From assembly GCA_041640295.1 (NCBI GenBank), contig JBEQAR010000002.1, positions 38,101-102,100 on the forward strand: a stretch of DNA of 64,000 nucleotides, in the 5' to 3' direction. The notes under the pieces were generated by a model. The model saw only the letters and a program-made list of their open reading frames with translations, was not told where the DNA came from and did not search any database. A program made the position numbers and the translations under genes. This document shows positions 49,768 through 59,091 of this stretch, in pieces (the stretch's first letter is position 1; every line of letters begins with the position of its first letter). The stretch is from a bacterium (lineage in GTDB: Bacteria; Patescibacteriota; Minisyncoccia; UBA6257; HR35).

Positions 49768-50493
49768 ATGAGATTAGATAAATTTTTTATAATTTTTATC
49801 ATTTTCAGTTTATTATACTTTTCTAATCTCAATTCAGTTTTAGCTAATAATTATGAAAACATTTATATCGCCTCTTTTAATCTACAATTATTTATTAATC
49901 ACTTAAAAAATAAAGTTAAAAACCTATTTTTTTCTGATGATGAAGAGTATAAAGAAAAATACTATCAATTACTAAGAAATTTAGCTCAACTTAAATTAGC
50001 TGAACAAGAAGAAATCTTTAATAAATCATTTGAATTATTAAAGAAAAGATTTCCTAATGCAAAAGAAGCTAAAGTTTTTGCTAATGATTTAGGAATAATT
50101 TATCTTCAAAAGATCGATCAGGTAACTAATAGTGCTTTTGTGGTTGACAATAATTGGTTATTAGTTGGTAAAGTGGTTGAGATATCTAATAATTATTTAA
50201 AGGTTAGATCCTTAAATCATGCTGATTTTCAATTTAATGTTAGTAATAGCAAGGGAGAATTTTTAGGTTTAGCTAAATCAACAGGGTTAAATTATTTAAT
50301 TGTTGATAAAATAGATGCAAATATAAAATTAGAAAAAGGAGATTTGATATTAACAGCTGGTAATGACAATATCTTTCCGCCTGGTTTTTTGGTAGGCGAA
50401 ATAGTTAATATCGAAAATTCTGGTTATTTTAAAAAGATTCAAATATCTCCTTTAGCTAATTTTGGTAGCGAGCGGTTAATCATTCTTCAATGA
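49768..50493 (+). CDS. mreC: Rod shape-determining protein MreC
   Basis: It has an N-terminal TM anchor and a coiled coil. The C-terminal beta domain reads GDLILTAGNDNIFPPGFLVGEIVNI. Confidence 0.65.
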   Translation: MRLDKFFIIFIIFSLLYFSNLNSVLANNYENIYIASFNLQLFINHLKNKVKNLFFSDDEEYKEKYYQLLRNLAQLKLAEQEEIFNKSFELLKKRFPNAKEAKVFANDLGIIYLQKIDQVTNSAFVVDNNWLLVGKVVEISNNYLKVRSLNHADFQFNVSNSKGEFLGLAKSTGLNYLIVDKIDANIKLEKGDLILTAGNDNIFPPGFLVGEIVNIENSGYFKKIQISPLANFGSERLIILQ

Positions 50494-50900
50494 TTTATTT
50501 TTTTGTTTTTGTTATTGATTTACTTATTAAATTAATTTTTACTAAACTAATTTTTATTTCTTTAATAGTTGCTTTAATTTTTTTTCTCCATAATAAGTCT
50601 CAGTTTTTACCTATTTATTTTTTTGGATCATTAATTAATGATTGGTTATTAATTTTACCATTTGGTTTTACTGGTTTTTATTTTGGATTAATTTTAATTT
50701 TGATTAAGATCATCAATAAATATTTATCGTTTGAAAAAGAACTAATTATTTATTTAATTTCATTTTTAGCTTTAATTTTATTTTTTTTAGTTTTGTGGTA
50801 TTTGTTTTTTAAGATAAGTTTAAATTTATCATTTTTTATTTTGCTTATAATTAATTATGCTATTTTTTTGATTATTAATCTTCTGTACAAAAATATCTAA
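50490..50900 (+). CDS. mreD: Probable MreD
   Basis: The 136-aa protein has four or five TM helices and sits between mreC and the PBP2 gene. Confidence 0.45.
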   Translation: MIYFFVFVIDLLIKLIFTKLIFISLIVALIFFLHNKSQFLPIYFFGSLINDWLLILPFGFTGFYFGLILILIKIINKYLSFEKELIIYLISFLALILFFLVLWYLFFKISLNLSFFILLIINYAIFLIINLLYKNI

Positions 50901-50911
50901 AATATAAAACA

Positions 50912-52750
50912 ATGCGCTGGATTGAAGAAGAAATCCTTTTACCCAATTCATCCCAGTTATTTAAAAAAATTCATTTTCCTTATTATCTAAAAATTTTGTT
51001 TATTATAGCTTACTTAGTATTATTTTTCTTCGCTTTTAAAATTTTTATTATTAACAAGAATCAATGGTTAATTTTAGCCCAAGCAAATAATAGACTTAAT
51101 ATTATTACTCCAGCTCCGCGCGGTTTAATTTTAGATAGAAATAATAAAACTTTAGCTGCTAACGAGGTTTCCTTTGATTTAATTATTAATCTTAATTTAA
51201 TTACAGACCAGGAAAGATTATTTTTTGAAAAATTAATTGCAGAAAATCAATTAGATTCAACCATTAATTTTAATCAATTGATTATCAAAAATATTCCAAA
51301 ACAATTAGCTTCATCAATAGTCGTTCAATATAATAATTTTTTAAAAGTTAGGTTAATTGATTCTTATAAAAGGGTTTATCCCTTAGGTTTAGGGTTTGGT
51401 AATTTGATTGGTTATTTAGGTTTTCCTTCTGCAGATGAAATTGAAAAATATAATTATGAGCCTAATATTTATATAGGTAAATTAGGTATCGAAGCTTATT
51501 ATCAAAATTATTTATCTGGTAAAAATGGTGAAATTATTCTTGAGAAAGACAATAAATTAAATATTATTAAAACCATTAGAGACAAAGAACCACAAATAGG
51601 TTATTCACTTAAATTAACTATTGATAGTAATTTTCAAAAAAAAGCTTATGAGATAATTGATAACTATATGAAAGAAAATGGTTATCATAAGGGTGGTTTA
51701 ATTGTCATAAATCCTTACTCGGGAGAGATTCTAAGTTTAATTTCTTATCCTGATTTTGATAATAATTTATTTATTAATAAATCCGAGAAAGTAAAAGAAA
51801 TTTTAATTGATCCTAAGCAACCATTGTTTAATAGAATAGTTTCAGGTTTATATGCACCAGGATCAGTAGTTAAACCTATTGTTGCCTTAGCTGCCTTGGA
51901 AGAAAAAATTATTAATCCCGAAAAAAAAATTTATTCAAGCGGAGAACTAAAAATACCTAATCCTTATTTTCCTGAAAGATATTCAATATTCAAAGACTGG
52001 AAGGTTCATGGTTGGGTTAATATGAAAGAAGCAATTGCTAACTCTGTTAATGTTTATTTTTATACGATTGGTGGTGGTTATAATGAACAAAAGGGTTTAG
52101 GGGTTTATAAAATTAAAAAATATTTCGAACTTTATGGTTTGGGGCAAAAAACTGGTATTGATTTTCCTGGAGAGAAAGATGGCTTTATTCCAGATCCAGA
52201 AACAAAGAAAAATAATTTGGTAGATAAAATTTGGCGATTAGGAGATACTTATAATTTAAGTATTGGTCAGGGGGATTTAACAGTTACTCCTCTTCAAATT
52301 GCTATTTTCACTTCGGCTTTAGTAACAAATAGATTAATTAAACCCTATTTAGTTAAAGAAATTTTAGATGAAAAACAAAAAATAATTTTTAAAAATCAAC
52401 CCCAAGTAATTAAAGAAAATTTAGCATCACCTGAAAATTTAAAAATTATCCAGGAAGGAATGAGAATGACTGTTACCCAAGGGACTGCTAAACAATTAAA
52501 TTATGCTATAGTGTCGATTGCTGGAAAAAGTGGTACCCCTGAAATTTTAGGTAAAAAAAAGCTTAATGCTTTTTTTACCGGCTATGCTCCTTATGAAAAT
52601 CCTGAAATTGTTATGACGTTGTTTATTGAAGAAGTTCCTATTGGTTCAATTGCTACCCTTCCTCTTTATCGTGATCTAATAAACCTTTATTTTGAAAATA
52701 AATATAAAAAAAATAATAATGACGAAAATTTAAATTCGTTAGAAGAATAG
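50912..52750 (+). CDS. mrdA: Penicillin-binding protein 2 (elongation transpeptidase)
   Basis: It has an N-terminal TM helix. The motifs are SxxK (PGSVVKP), SxN (NSVN) and KSGT. Confidence 0.85.
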   Translation: MRWIEEEILLPNSSQLFKKIHFPYYLKILFIIAYLVLFFFAFKIFIINKNQWLILAQANNRLNIITPAPRGLILDRNNKTLAANEVSFDLIINLNLITDQERLFFEKLIAENQLDSTINFNQLIIKNIPKQLASSIVVQYNNFLKVRLIDSYKRVYPLGLGFGNLIGYLGFPSADEIEKYNYEPNIYIGKLGIEAYYQNYLSGKNGEIILEKDNKLNIIKTIRDKEPQIGYSLKLTIDSNFQKKAYEIIDNYMKENGYHKGGLIVINPYSGEILSLISYPDFDNNLFINKSEKVKEILIDPKQPLFNRIVSGLYAPGSVVKPIVALAALEEKIINPEKKIYSSGELKIPNPYFPERYSIFKDWKVHGWVNMKEAIANSVNVYFYTIGGGYNEQKGLGVYKIKKYFELYGLGQKTGIDFPGEKDGFIPDPETKKNNLVDKIWRLGDTYNLSIGQGDLTVTPLQIAIFTSALVTNRLIKPYLVKEILDEKQKIIFKNQPQVIKENLASPENLKIIQEGMRMTVTQGTAKQLNYAIVSIAGKSGTPEILGKKKLNAFFTGYAPYENPEIVMTLFIEEVPIGSIATLPLYRDLINLYFENKYKKNNNDENLNSLEE

Positions 52751-52761
52751 AAAATTTTTTA

Positions 52762-53274
52762 TTAAATTTTATAAATATAAAAATTTCCAATATTTTTAAT
52801 CATATTTAAATTTTTAAATTGAAAGGCGAAATTTATTATTAAAGCCCCCCTTTTTGCTTCTTTTATAATTTTTTTCTCTAATAAATTATTAGCTAATTGA
52901 TATTGAAAAAGAAAAATCACATCGAAATCAGATAAATTAATTTTCCACATATTTCCCCAGATAATTCTTGCTCTTTTTTCTTTTTTTAATTTTATCTTAA
53001 GCCAACTGATTAAAGCCAAAATTGGATTTATTTCAATACCATAAGATTCATATCCATTTTTAGCAAATTCAATAACTACTTTTCCATCTCCAGAACCTAA
53101 ATCAATAAATTTATTATTTTTATATCCAGATTTTTTAAGAAAATTAAAAACTTCTTGCAAATCATTTAAATCTTTAGATTTCATTAAAGAAGGTAAAAAC
53201 GGAGCACCGAAAAAAATAAGAGGTATAACTAAAAAAATAAAACCTAAAATTATTAAAAATTTAATAAAAACCAT
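52762..53274 (-). CDS. Class I SAM-dependent methyltransferase with an N-terminal TM helix
   Basis: Motif I is FIDLGSGDG, and an acidic post-I residue follows in YGIEIN. Confidence 0.55.
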   Translation of the reverse strand: MVFIKFLIILGFIFLVIPLIFFGAPFLPSLMKSKDLNDLQEVFNFLKKSGYKNNKFIDLGSGDGKVVIEFAKNGYESYGIEINPILALISWLKIKLKKEKRARIIWGNMWKINLSDFDVIFLFQYQLANNLLEKKIIKEAKRGALIINFAFQFKNLNMIKNIGNFYIYKI

Positions 53275-53404
53275 TACTGTTTTTCATATTAGGTCAATAT
53301 AAATAAATTTATACGGAAAGTTGAAAAACCCTTAACATCTTATTATAATAATATTTAATAATATTATTAATATTAATTACTTTATTTTATTATAACGAAA
53401 AATT

Positions 53405-54700
53405 TTGACCATAATGAAAAGATTATTAAACTTTATAGTTTTCTTCTATCTATTTATTTTGTTATTAACCGTAAATATTAGTTTAGCGAATAATAATTTC
53501 AGATTAGGTGATATTTTTAATTATTTTAAAAATTTGGTTTCCTCCCCCAACTCTAATAATTTAATTATTCCTGAAAGTACAGAAAATTTATTTCAAAATA
53601 TTCCCGAATATAAACCAGTTGTTGATTATGAAAATTTGATTACCCAAACAATTGAAAAAGTTTCACCAGCAGTTGTAAGTATTGTGATTAGTAAAGATGT
53701 GCCTGTTTTTGAAAAATATTATTATAGTCCTTTTGATGAGGATGAAGATTTCATTCCCCCAGAATTTAGAGAATTTTTTAAATTTGAAATTCCTCAATAT
53801 CGACAAAAAGGTACAGAAAAAAAGCAAGTTGGTGCGGGAACAGGTTTTATTATTTCAGCTGATGGTTTAATTGCTACCAATAAGCATGTTGTTGGAGATG
53901 AAAAAGCTGAATATACAATATTTTTAAATGATGGTAGAAAATTTAATGGTAAAGTAATTGCTGTTCACCCCCGAGACGATTTAGCTTTAGTTAAAATTAA
54001 TGCTAAAAATTTACCATCAATTAAATTAGGCGACTCTGATAAGATTAAATTAGGACAAACAGTAATTGCTATTGGCAATGCTTTAGGTGAATTTCAAAAT
54101 ACTGTTAGTGTTGGTGTTGTTTCTGGCCTAAGGCGAGCAATTACTGCAAGTGATGAAAGGGGAAATATTGAAAGATTAGAAAATCTTATCCAAACAGACG
54201 CTGCCATTAATCCTGGCAATTCCGGTGGACCATTAATTAATTTAAGGGGCGAAGTTATTGGCATAAATACTGCTATTGTAAGCGGAGCTCAAAATATCGG
54301 TTTCGCTATACCGATTAATAGATTAAAAAAGATGATTAATGAAGTTTTAACTAGAGGAAAAATTGAAATCCCATATTTGGGAATTAGATATATTTTAATT
54401 ACCGAAGAAGTGAAAAATAAATTTAATTTACCATTCGATTATGGAGCTTATATTTATTCTGACAATCCCAAACAGCCAGCAGTTATTCCTAATTCACCAG
54501 CTGAAAAATCAGGCTTAAAAGAAAAAGATATTGTCTTAGAATTAGATGGCCAAAAAATTACCCCTCAAAATAGTTTAGCTTATATGATTACTAATAAGAG
54601 AGTGGGAGAAAAGGTGAATTTAAAAATTTGGCGCAACGGTGAAATAATTAATCTTCAGGTAGTTTTAGAAAAGTTGCCCACTGAGCTTGAGAATCAATAA
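53405..54700 (+). CDS. htrA: HtrA/DegP-family serine protease (trypsin-like domain plus PDZ)
   Basis: It has a signal peptide. The catalytic His is in GLIATNKHVV, the Asp in RDDLALVK and the Ser in GNSGGPLIN. A C-terminal PDZ domain follows. Confidence 0.85.
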   Translation: MTIMKRLLNFIVFFYLFILLLTVNISLANNNFRLGDIFNYFKNLVSSPNSNNLIIPESTENLFQNIPEYKPVVDYENLITQTIEKVSPAVVSIVISKDVPVFEKYYYSPFDEDEDFIPPEFREFFKFEIPQYRQKGTEKKQVGAGTGFIISADGLIATNKHVVGDEKAEYTIFLNDGRKFNGKVIAVHPRDDLALVKINAKNLPSIKLGDSDKIKLGQTVIAIGNALGEFQNTVSVGVVSGLRRAITASDERGNIERLENLIQTDAAINPGNSGGPLINLRGEVIGINTAIVSGAQNIGFAIPINRLKKMINEVLTRGKIEIPYLGIRYILITEEVKNKFNLPFDYGAYIYSDNPKQPAVIPNSPAEKSGLKEKDIVLELDGQKITPQNSLAYMITNKRVGEKVNLKIWRNGEIINLQVVLEKLPTELENQ

Positions 54701-55226
54701 TCATCAATTCTAACAGCCCTTTTTCTATTACTCGAATAATAGCCAAACCTTCTTCTCGAGAAATTTCTAATTTTTCTTTTTTGCTTTTTATTACTTCTAA
54801 AACCTTAATTGCTTTTAAAAAATCTTTTTTATTATTAAAAACTGACTCGGGAAATTGATTATATTTTTCAAATAAATCATTGCCAGGATATTCATAGAGA
54901 TTAATAATTTCATTAAGATACTTATAAACTTTATTTAAAGCTGATAGGTGATCAACTAAAAATATATCTTTAATTTTTAACCATTCCTGATTAAAATTTT
55001 CCTGTTTTAAAAAAGCTTCTAAAAAATTTTTAATATTAGTTATTAAAATTGAAGTACCAATTTTGTATTTTCTTTCTAAATAAAAAAAATAATATAAAGC
55101 TAAAATAGAAAAAGTAAGAGAAATAATCATTAAGATTATCTTTAATTTTTTAAATTCAGGGGTGCCAAAAATTAAACCAGCGAAACTCCCAATAATTTCT
55201 AAAATCCTTTGAGCTAACTCGATCAT
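54648..55226 (-). CDS. Hypothetical membrane protein
   Basis: The protein is 192 aa with two TM segments and a helical region. Confidence 0.35.
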   Translation of the reverse strand: MIELAQRILEIIGSFAGLIFGTPEFKKLKIILMIISLTFSILALYYFFYLERKYKIGTSILITNIKNFLEAFLKQENFNQEWLKIKDIFLVDHLSALNKVYKYLNEIINLYEYPGNDLFEKYNQFPESVFNNKKDFLKAIKVLEVIKSKKEKLEISREEGLAIIRVIEKGLLELMIIDSQAQWATFLKLPED

Positions 55227-56605
55227 AGCGGTTCAATTAATTTAGCTAATTCAAAAATTTTATATTCATCAAAAATATTCCCAATAACCTGAAGACCAAC
55301 AGGCAAATTATCTAAAAAACCAATAGGTATATTTAAGGCAGGTAAACCAGCTAAATTCGCCGGAATAGTGAAAATGTCTGATAAATACATTTCTAATGGA
55401 TTAGTAATTTTTTCTCCTAACTTAAAGGGTAAGGTAGGTGAAGTTGGTGCAATAATTAAGTCAACCTTTTTAAATGCATTCTGAAAATCTTCATAAATTG
55501 CCTTTCTTAATTTTTGAGCTTGAAGATAATAAGCTTCATAATAACCATGAGAAAGAACAAAAGTTCCAAGAATAATTCTTCTTTTTACTTCTTTGCCTAA
55601 AAATTTATCTCGGCTTAATTTATATATTTTCCAAAAATCGTTATTAACTACTCTCTGTCCATATCTAATGCCATCATATCTAGCTAAATTTGCACTGACT
55701 TCAGATGGCATCAAGATATAATAACAATGAATAGCATATTTAACATATTCTAAAGAAATTTCTTCAATATCGAAAGGTAATTTTTCTATTTTTTTTAAAA
55801 TTAAATTTTTAATCTTAACATCAAGGTTATCAAAGAATTCTTTCGGTAAGCCTATTTTTTCTATTTTGGTATCATTTATTTTCTCTTCAGGAAAACTAAC
55901 GCTTGTTGAATCTTTATTATCCTTTCCCCTTATTATATTAAAAAGCAAAATTAAATCATCTAAATTTCGAGCCATCGGACCTATTTGATCCAAAGAAGAA
56001 GCCATAGCAATTAAACCATATCGAGAAACAACTCCGTAAGTTGGTTTAAGTCCATAAATTCCGCAAAATCCAGCTGGTTGACGAATAGAACCACCAGTAT
56101 CAGATCCTAAAGCGACGGGTATTAACCCAGCACCAACCACAGCTGCTGATCCTCCCGATGAACCACCCGGAGTTCTTTGATTATCAAATGGGTTATAAGT
56201 TAATTGATAGGCAGAGTTTTCAGTTGAAGAGCCCATTGCAAATTCATCTAAATTAGTTTTACCAACAATCACTCCACCAGCTTGAATTATTTTTTCAACA
56301 ACTGTTGCATTATAAGGAGCAATATAATTTTCTAAAATTTTTGAACCAGCAGTACATTTTTCTCCCTTAACCAAGATATTATCTTTAATAGCAATTGGAA
56401 CACCATAAAGCGGTAATTCATCTGCGTTTTTATTTTTTAATTTATGAATTAATTCAAAAGCTAAATTTTCAGTAAAAAAAAGAAAGGCATTTAAATTTTC
56501 CTCTTTTTTCAACCACTCAAAATAATTTTTATAAAAATTTTCCAAACCTATTTTCCCTATAATTTTTTTTATATCAGAAATAGCCAAATTTCTAAAATTT
56601 TCCAT
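55223..56605 (-). CDS. gatA: Glu-tRNA(Gln) amidotransferase subunit A (amidase signature family)
   Basis: The amidase signature GGSSGGSAAVVGAGLIPVALGSDTGGSIRQPAGFCGIYGLKPTYG is nearly identical to GatA. No gatB or gatC is adjacent. Confidence 0.8.
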   Translation of the reverse strand: MENFRNLAISDIKKIIGKIGLENFYKNYFEWLKKEENLNAFLFFTENLAFELIHKLKNKNADELPLYGVPIAIKDNILVKGEKCTAGSKILENYIAPYNATVVEKIIQAGGVIVGKTNLDEFAMGSSTENSAYQLTYNPFDNQRTPGGSSGGSAAVVGAGLIPVALGSDTGGSIRQPAGFCGIYGLKPTYGVVSRYGLIAMASSLDQIGPMARNLDDLILLFNIIRGKDNKDSTSVSFPEEKINDTKIEKIGLPKEFFDNLDVKIKNLILKKIEKLPFDIEEISLEYVKYAIHCYYILMPSEVSANLARYDGIRYGQRVVNNDFWKIYKLSRDKFLGKEVKRRIILGTFVLSHGYYEAYYLQAQKLRKAIYEDFQNAFKKVDLIIAPTSPTLPFKLGEKITNPLEMYLSDIFTIPANLAGLPALNIPIGFLDNLPVGLQVIGNIFDEYKIFELAKLIEPL

Positions 56606-56640
56606 AAATATTTTTATTTTGAAATTTTTTATCTAATTTG

Positions 56641-56712
56641 AGCGGCGGACGGGATTTGAACCCGCGGCCTCCTGCATGGCAAGCAGGCGTTCTACCACTG
56701 AACTACCGCCGC
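56641..56712 (-). tRNA. tRNA-Gly (anticodon GCC)
   Basis: The reverse complement reads GCGGCGGUAGUUCAGUGGUAGAACGCCUGCUUGCCAUGCAGGAGGCCGCGGGUUCAAAUCCCGUCCGCCGCU. The anticodon loop is UUGCCAU. Confidence 0.9.
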
Positions 56713-56823
56713 TTTTTAGATGTATTATTTTAATTTAATTTTATAATAATTATATCATCATACCTTAAAAATTATTATAATTTATAAATTAAAAAATTTA
56801 GAAATAGAGAAAACACAAAACAA

Positions 56824-57687
56824 ATGATCGAAGAACTTCATGACGAAAAAGTAAAGTTTTTAGAAGAGAAGGCGAATGAAATAAGGCAGTTAATAATTGA
56901 GATGCTTTTAGAAGCTGGCTCAGGCCACTCTGCTGGACCACTTGGTATGGCTGATATTTTTTCTGCTTTTTATTTTCATATTTTGCGTCACGATCCTAAA
57001 AACCCCGACTGGGAAGATAGAGATAGATTAGTTTTATCAAATGGTCATATTTGCCCGGTTCGTTATGCAGCAATGGCACTTACTGGTTATTTTCCTGTTG
57101 AAGAATTAAAGACACTAAGAAAAATTAATACGCGGCTTCAAGGTCATCCTCACCGGACCGCTCTTCCTGGAGTTGAAACAACATCTGGTCCACTTGGTGA
57201 AGGAATCTCTCAAGCTATTGGTATGGCTATTGCTGGAAAACTTGATAAAAAAGATTACCATGTCTATTGTATAACTTCTGACGGTGAGCATCAAGAAGGA
57301 AATACCTGGGAAGCTTATATGTTCTTGGGCAAAAATCAACTTGATAATTTAACAATAATCATTGATAGAAACTATATTCAAATTGATGGAGTAACTGAAG
57401 ATGTTATGCCACTTGAACCATTAAAGCAGAAATTAGAAAGTTTCGGACTTCATGTTTTAGAAGTTGATGGTCATAATATTCGAGCTTTTGTTGATGCTAT
57501 AAGAGAAGCAAGATCAGAATGGCGAAGAACTTCGGTAATTATTGCTTATACAATTCCGGGCAAAGGAGTTGATTTTATGGAAAAGAAATTTGAATGGCAC
57601 GGTAAACCACCCAACAAAGAAGAAGCCAAAAAAGCCTTAGATGAACTAAGAACCTTAGGAGGCAAAATTCAAAGTGAACATCAATAA
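56824..57687 (+). CDS. Transketolase, N-terminal (TPP-binding) subunit
   Basis: It has GSGHSAGPLGMADI and the TPP motif SDGEHQEGNTWEA. At 287 aa it has the typical size for a split transketolase. Confidence 0.85.
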   Translation: MIEELHDEKVKFLEEKANEIRQLIIEMLLEAGSGHSAGPLGMADIFSAFYFHILRHDPKNPDWEDRDRLVLSNGHICPVRYAAMALTGYFPVEELKTLRKINTRLQGHPHRTALPGVETTSGPLGEGISQAIGMAIAGKLDKKDYHVYCITSDGEHQEGNTWEAYMFLGKNQLDNLTIIIDRNYIQIDGVTEDVMPLEPLKQKLESFGLHVLEVDGHNIRAFVDAIREARSEWRRTSVIIAYTIPGKGVDFMEKKFEWHGKPPNKEEAKKALDELRTLGGKIQSEHQ

Positions 57688-57755
57688 ACGCGAATGCTTG
57701 TGAATAAGATAATGTTCAATTTGTTTTATATGATAATCTGGTATAATTAAATAAA

Positions 57756-57926
57756 ATGTTAAAAACAGAAAATAAAAAAATATTAAGAACTAGATACCCA
57801 AAAGCTACGACGAAAGAATATACTGCAAAATGGGATAAATTTTTAGAATTAGGTAAAAAATTAAATAAATTTTGGAAAACAGATAAAACATTTCTAGAAA
57901 TTTTAAAAGAAGAAAGAATAAAATAA
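57756..57926 (+). CDS. Putative antitoxin partner of the downstream PIN toxin (56 aa)
   Basis: This small ORF ends 1 nt before the PIN gene start. It has no recognisable fold, so the call rests on its position only. Confidence 0.35.
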   Translation: MLKTENKKILRTRYPKATTKEYTAKWDKFLELGKKLNKFWKTDKTFLEILKEERIK

Positions 57927-57927
57927 A

Positions 57928-58332
57928 ATGTACTGTCTCGATGCTAGTGTAATTGTAAGTAGTCAATTAAAAAAAGAAGTATTCTATTTTCAAAGTAAAA
58001 GATTTTTAGAGCGAGTCAAAAGAGAAAAGATTAAAATTTTTTTACCTGAAATTGTCATTCCTGAAATAATTTCAGGAGTTTTTAGAGGTACGCAAAATAA
58101 GAAATTAACTTTAGAATTTGTATCTCTATTAAGAGAATTACCTAATTTTTTATTTATTCCGGTAGATGCTAAATTATCTAATCTTGCTGGATCTATAATT
58201 ACAGAAACAGGCTTAAAAGCCAATGATGCTATTTATGTAGCTTTAGCCTATGATTATGATTTAGAATTAATTACTCTTGATAAGGACCAATTAGAAAAAG
58301 GTAAAAAATTTGTAAAAACTAGAATGCCTTAA
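57928..58332 (+). CDS. PIN-domain (VapC-like) toxin
   Basis: The protein is 134 aa. The four acidic PIN residues are in register (LDASVIV, LPEIVIPE, NDAIYVALA, LITLDKD). Confidence 0.7.
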   Translation: MYCLDASVIVSSQLKKEVFYFQSKRFLERVKREKIKIFLPEIVIPEIISGVFRGTQNKKLTLEFVSLLRELPNFLFIPVDAKLSNLAGSIITETGLKANDAIYVALAYDYDLELITLDKDQLEKGKKFVKTRMP

Positions 58333-58333
58333 A

Positions 58334-58444
58334 ATGCTAAATCCAGAACTTAAATTAAATCCAAAAATTTTTTAAGAAGCGGAGCAAAAGTCGATAAGAG
58401 ATGGTTATGGTGATGCTTTAGTTGAATTCGGTGAGAAAAATTAA
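58334..58444 (+). pseudogene. Decayed duplicate of the 5' end of the transketolase C-terminal subunit gene
   Basis: Positions 58334-58371 are identical to 59092-59129 (atgctaaatccagaacttaaattaaatccaaaaatttt). Then comes an indel and a premature TAA, and then the identical block agatggttatggtgatgctttagttgaa. Confidence 0.6.
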
Positions 58445-58565
58445 TAAAGGTCTTTGTTATTAAAAAGTATAAGAGAATTACTAAAAGATAAAACTTTAGT
58501 ACTTGAAAATTTTAACCAGAAAGTGATCCTTGGGTCTGTCTTAATTAATGTTATAATTTAATATC

Positions 58566-58799
58566 ATGAAGAAAAAAATTTACAATTATACAGCCATTTT
58601 TGAAAAAAATGAATTAGGCGGATATACTGTTATTGTTCCTGCATTGCCCGGTTTGGTTACTGAAGGAAATGATTTAATAGAAGCAAAGAAAAATGCTGAA
58701 GAAGCTATTAGATGCTATCTAGAAGGTTTATTAAAAGATAAGAAAAAGATTCCTGAAGAAAAAGAAATTGCTCAGATGAGGCTTGAAATCAAAATTTAA
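58566..58799 (+). CDS. hicB: HicB-family antitoxin
   Basis: The sequence YTAIFEKNELGGYTVIVPALPGLVTEGNDLIEAKKNAEEAIRCYLE matches the HicB N-terminal domain pattern Y.A.FE...GGY.V.VPDLPGC.T.G.T.EEA...A.EAI. Confidence 0.75.
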   Translation: MKKKIYNYTAIFEKNELGGYTVIVPALPGLVTEGNDLIEAKKNAEEAIRCYLEGLLKDKKKIPEEKEIAQMRLEIKI

Positions 58800-59042
58800 A
58801 TGCCTAAATTACCGAGAATTTCTTCACAAAAATTAATAAAAGCTTTATTAAAATTAGGATTTTATATACATCATCAAGTAGGCAGTCATATTCATTTAAA
58901 ACATTTCTCTAAGACTCATTTAAGAGTAGTTATTCCAGCTAAAAGAGAATCATTATCTCCCAAAACTTTAAAATCAATATTAGTTCAGGCAGAGATTACA
59001 ATAGAAGATTTAAAGAAAGTTATTATAATTAATAGAAAATAA
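58800..59042 (+). CDS. hicA: HicA-family mRNA interferase toxin
   Basis: It has the HicA motif (L)LKLGF...QVGSHIHLKH and a C-terminal ...TLKSILVQAEI. It starts immediately after hicB. Confidence 0.75.
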   Translation: MPKLPRISSQKLIKALLKLGFYIHHQVGSHIHLKHFSKTHLRVVIPAKRESLSPKTLKSILVQAEITIEDLKKVIIINRK

Positions 59043-59091
59043 AGATTAATAGAAAATAAATATTTTTTTAATTAGAATTTTTTTAACACAA

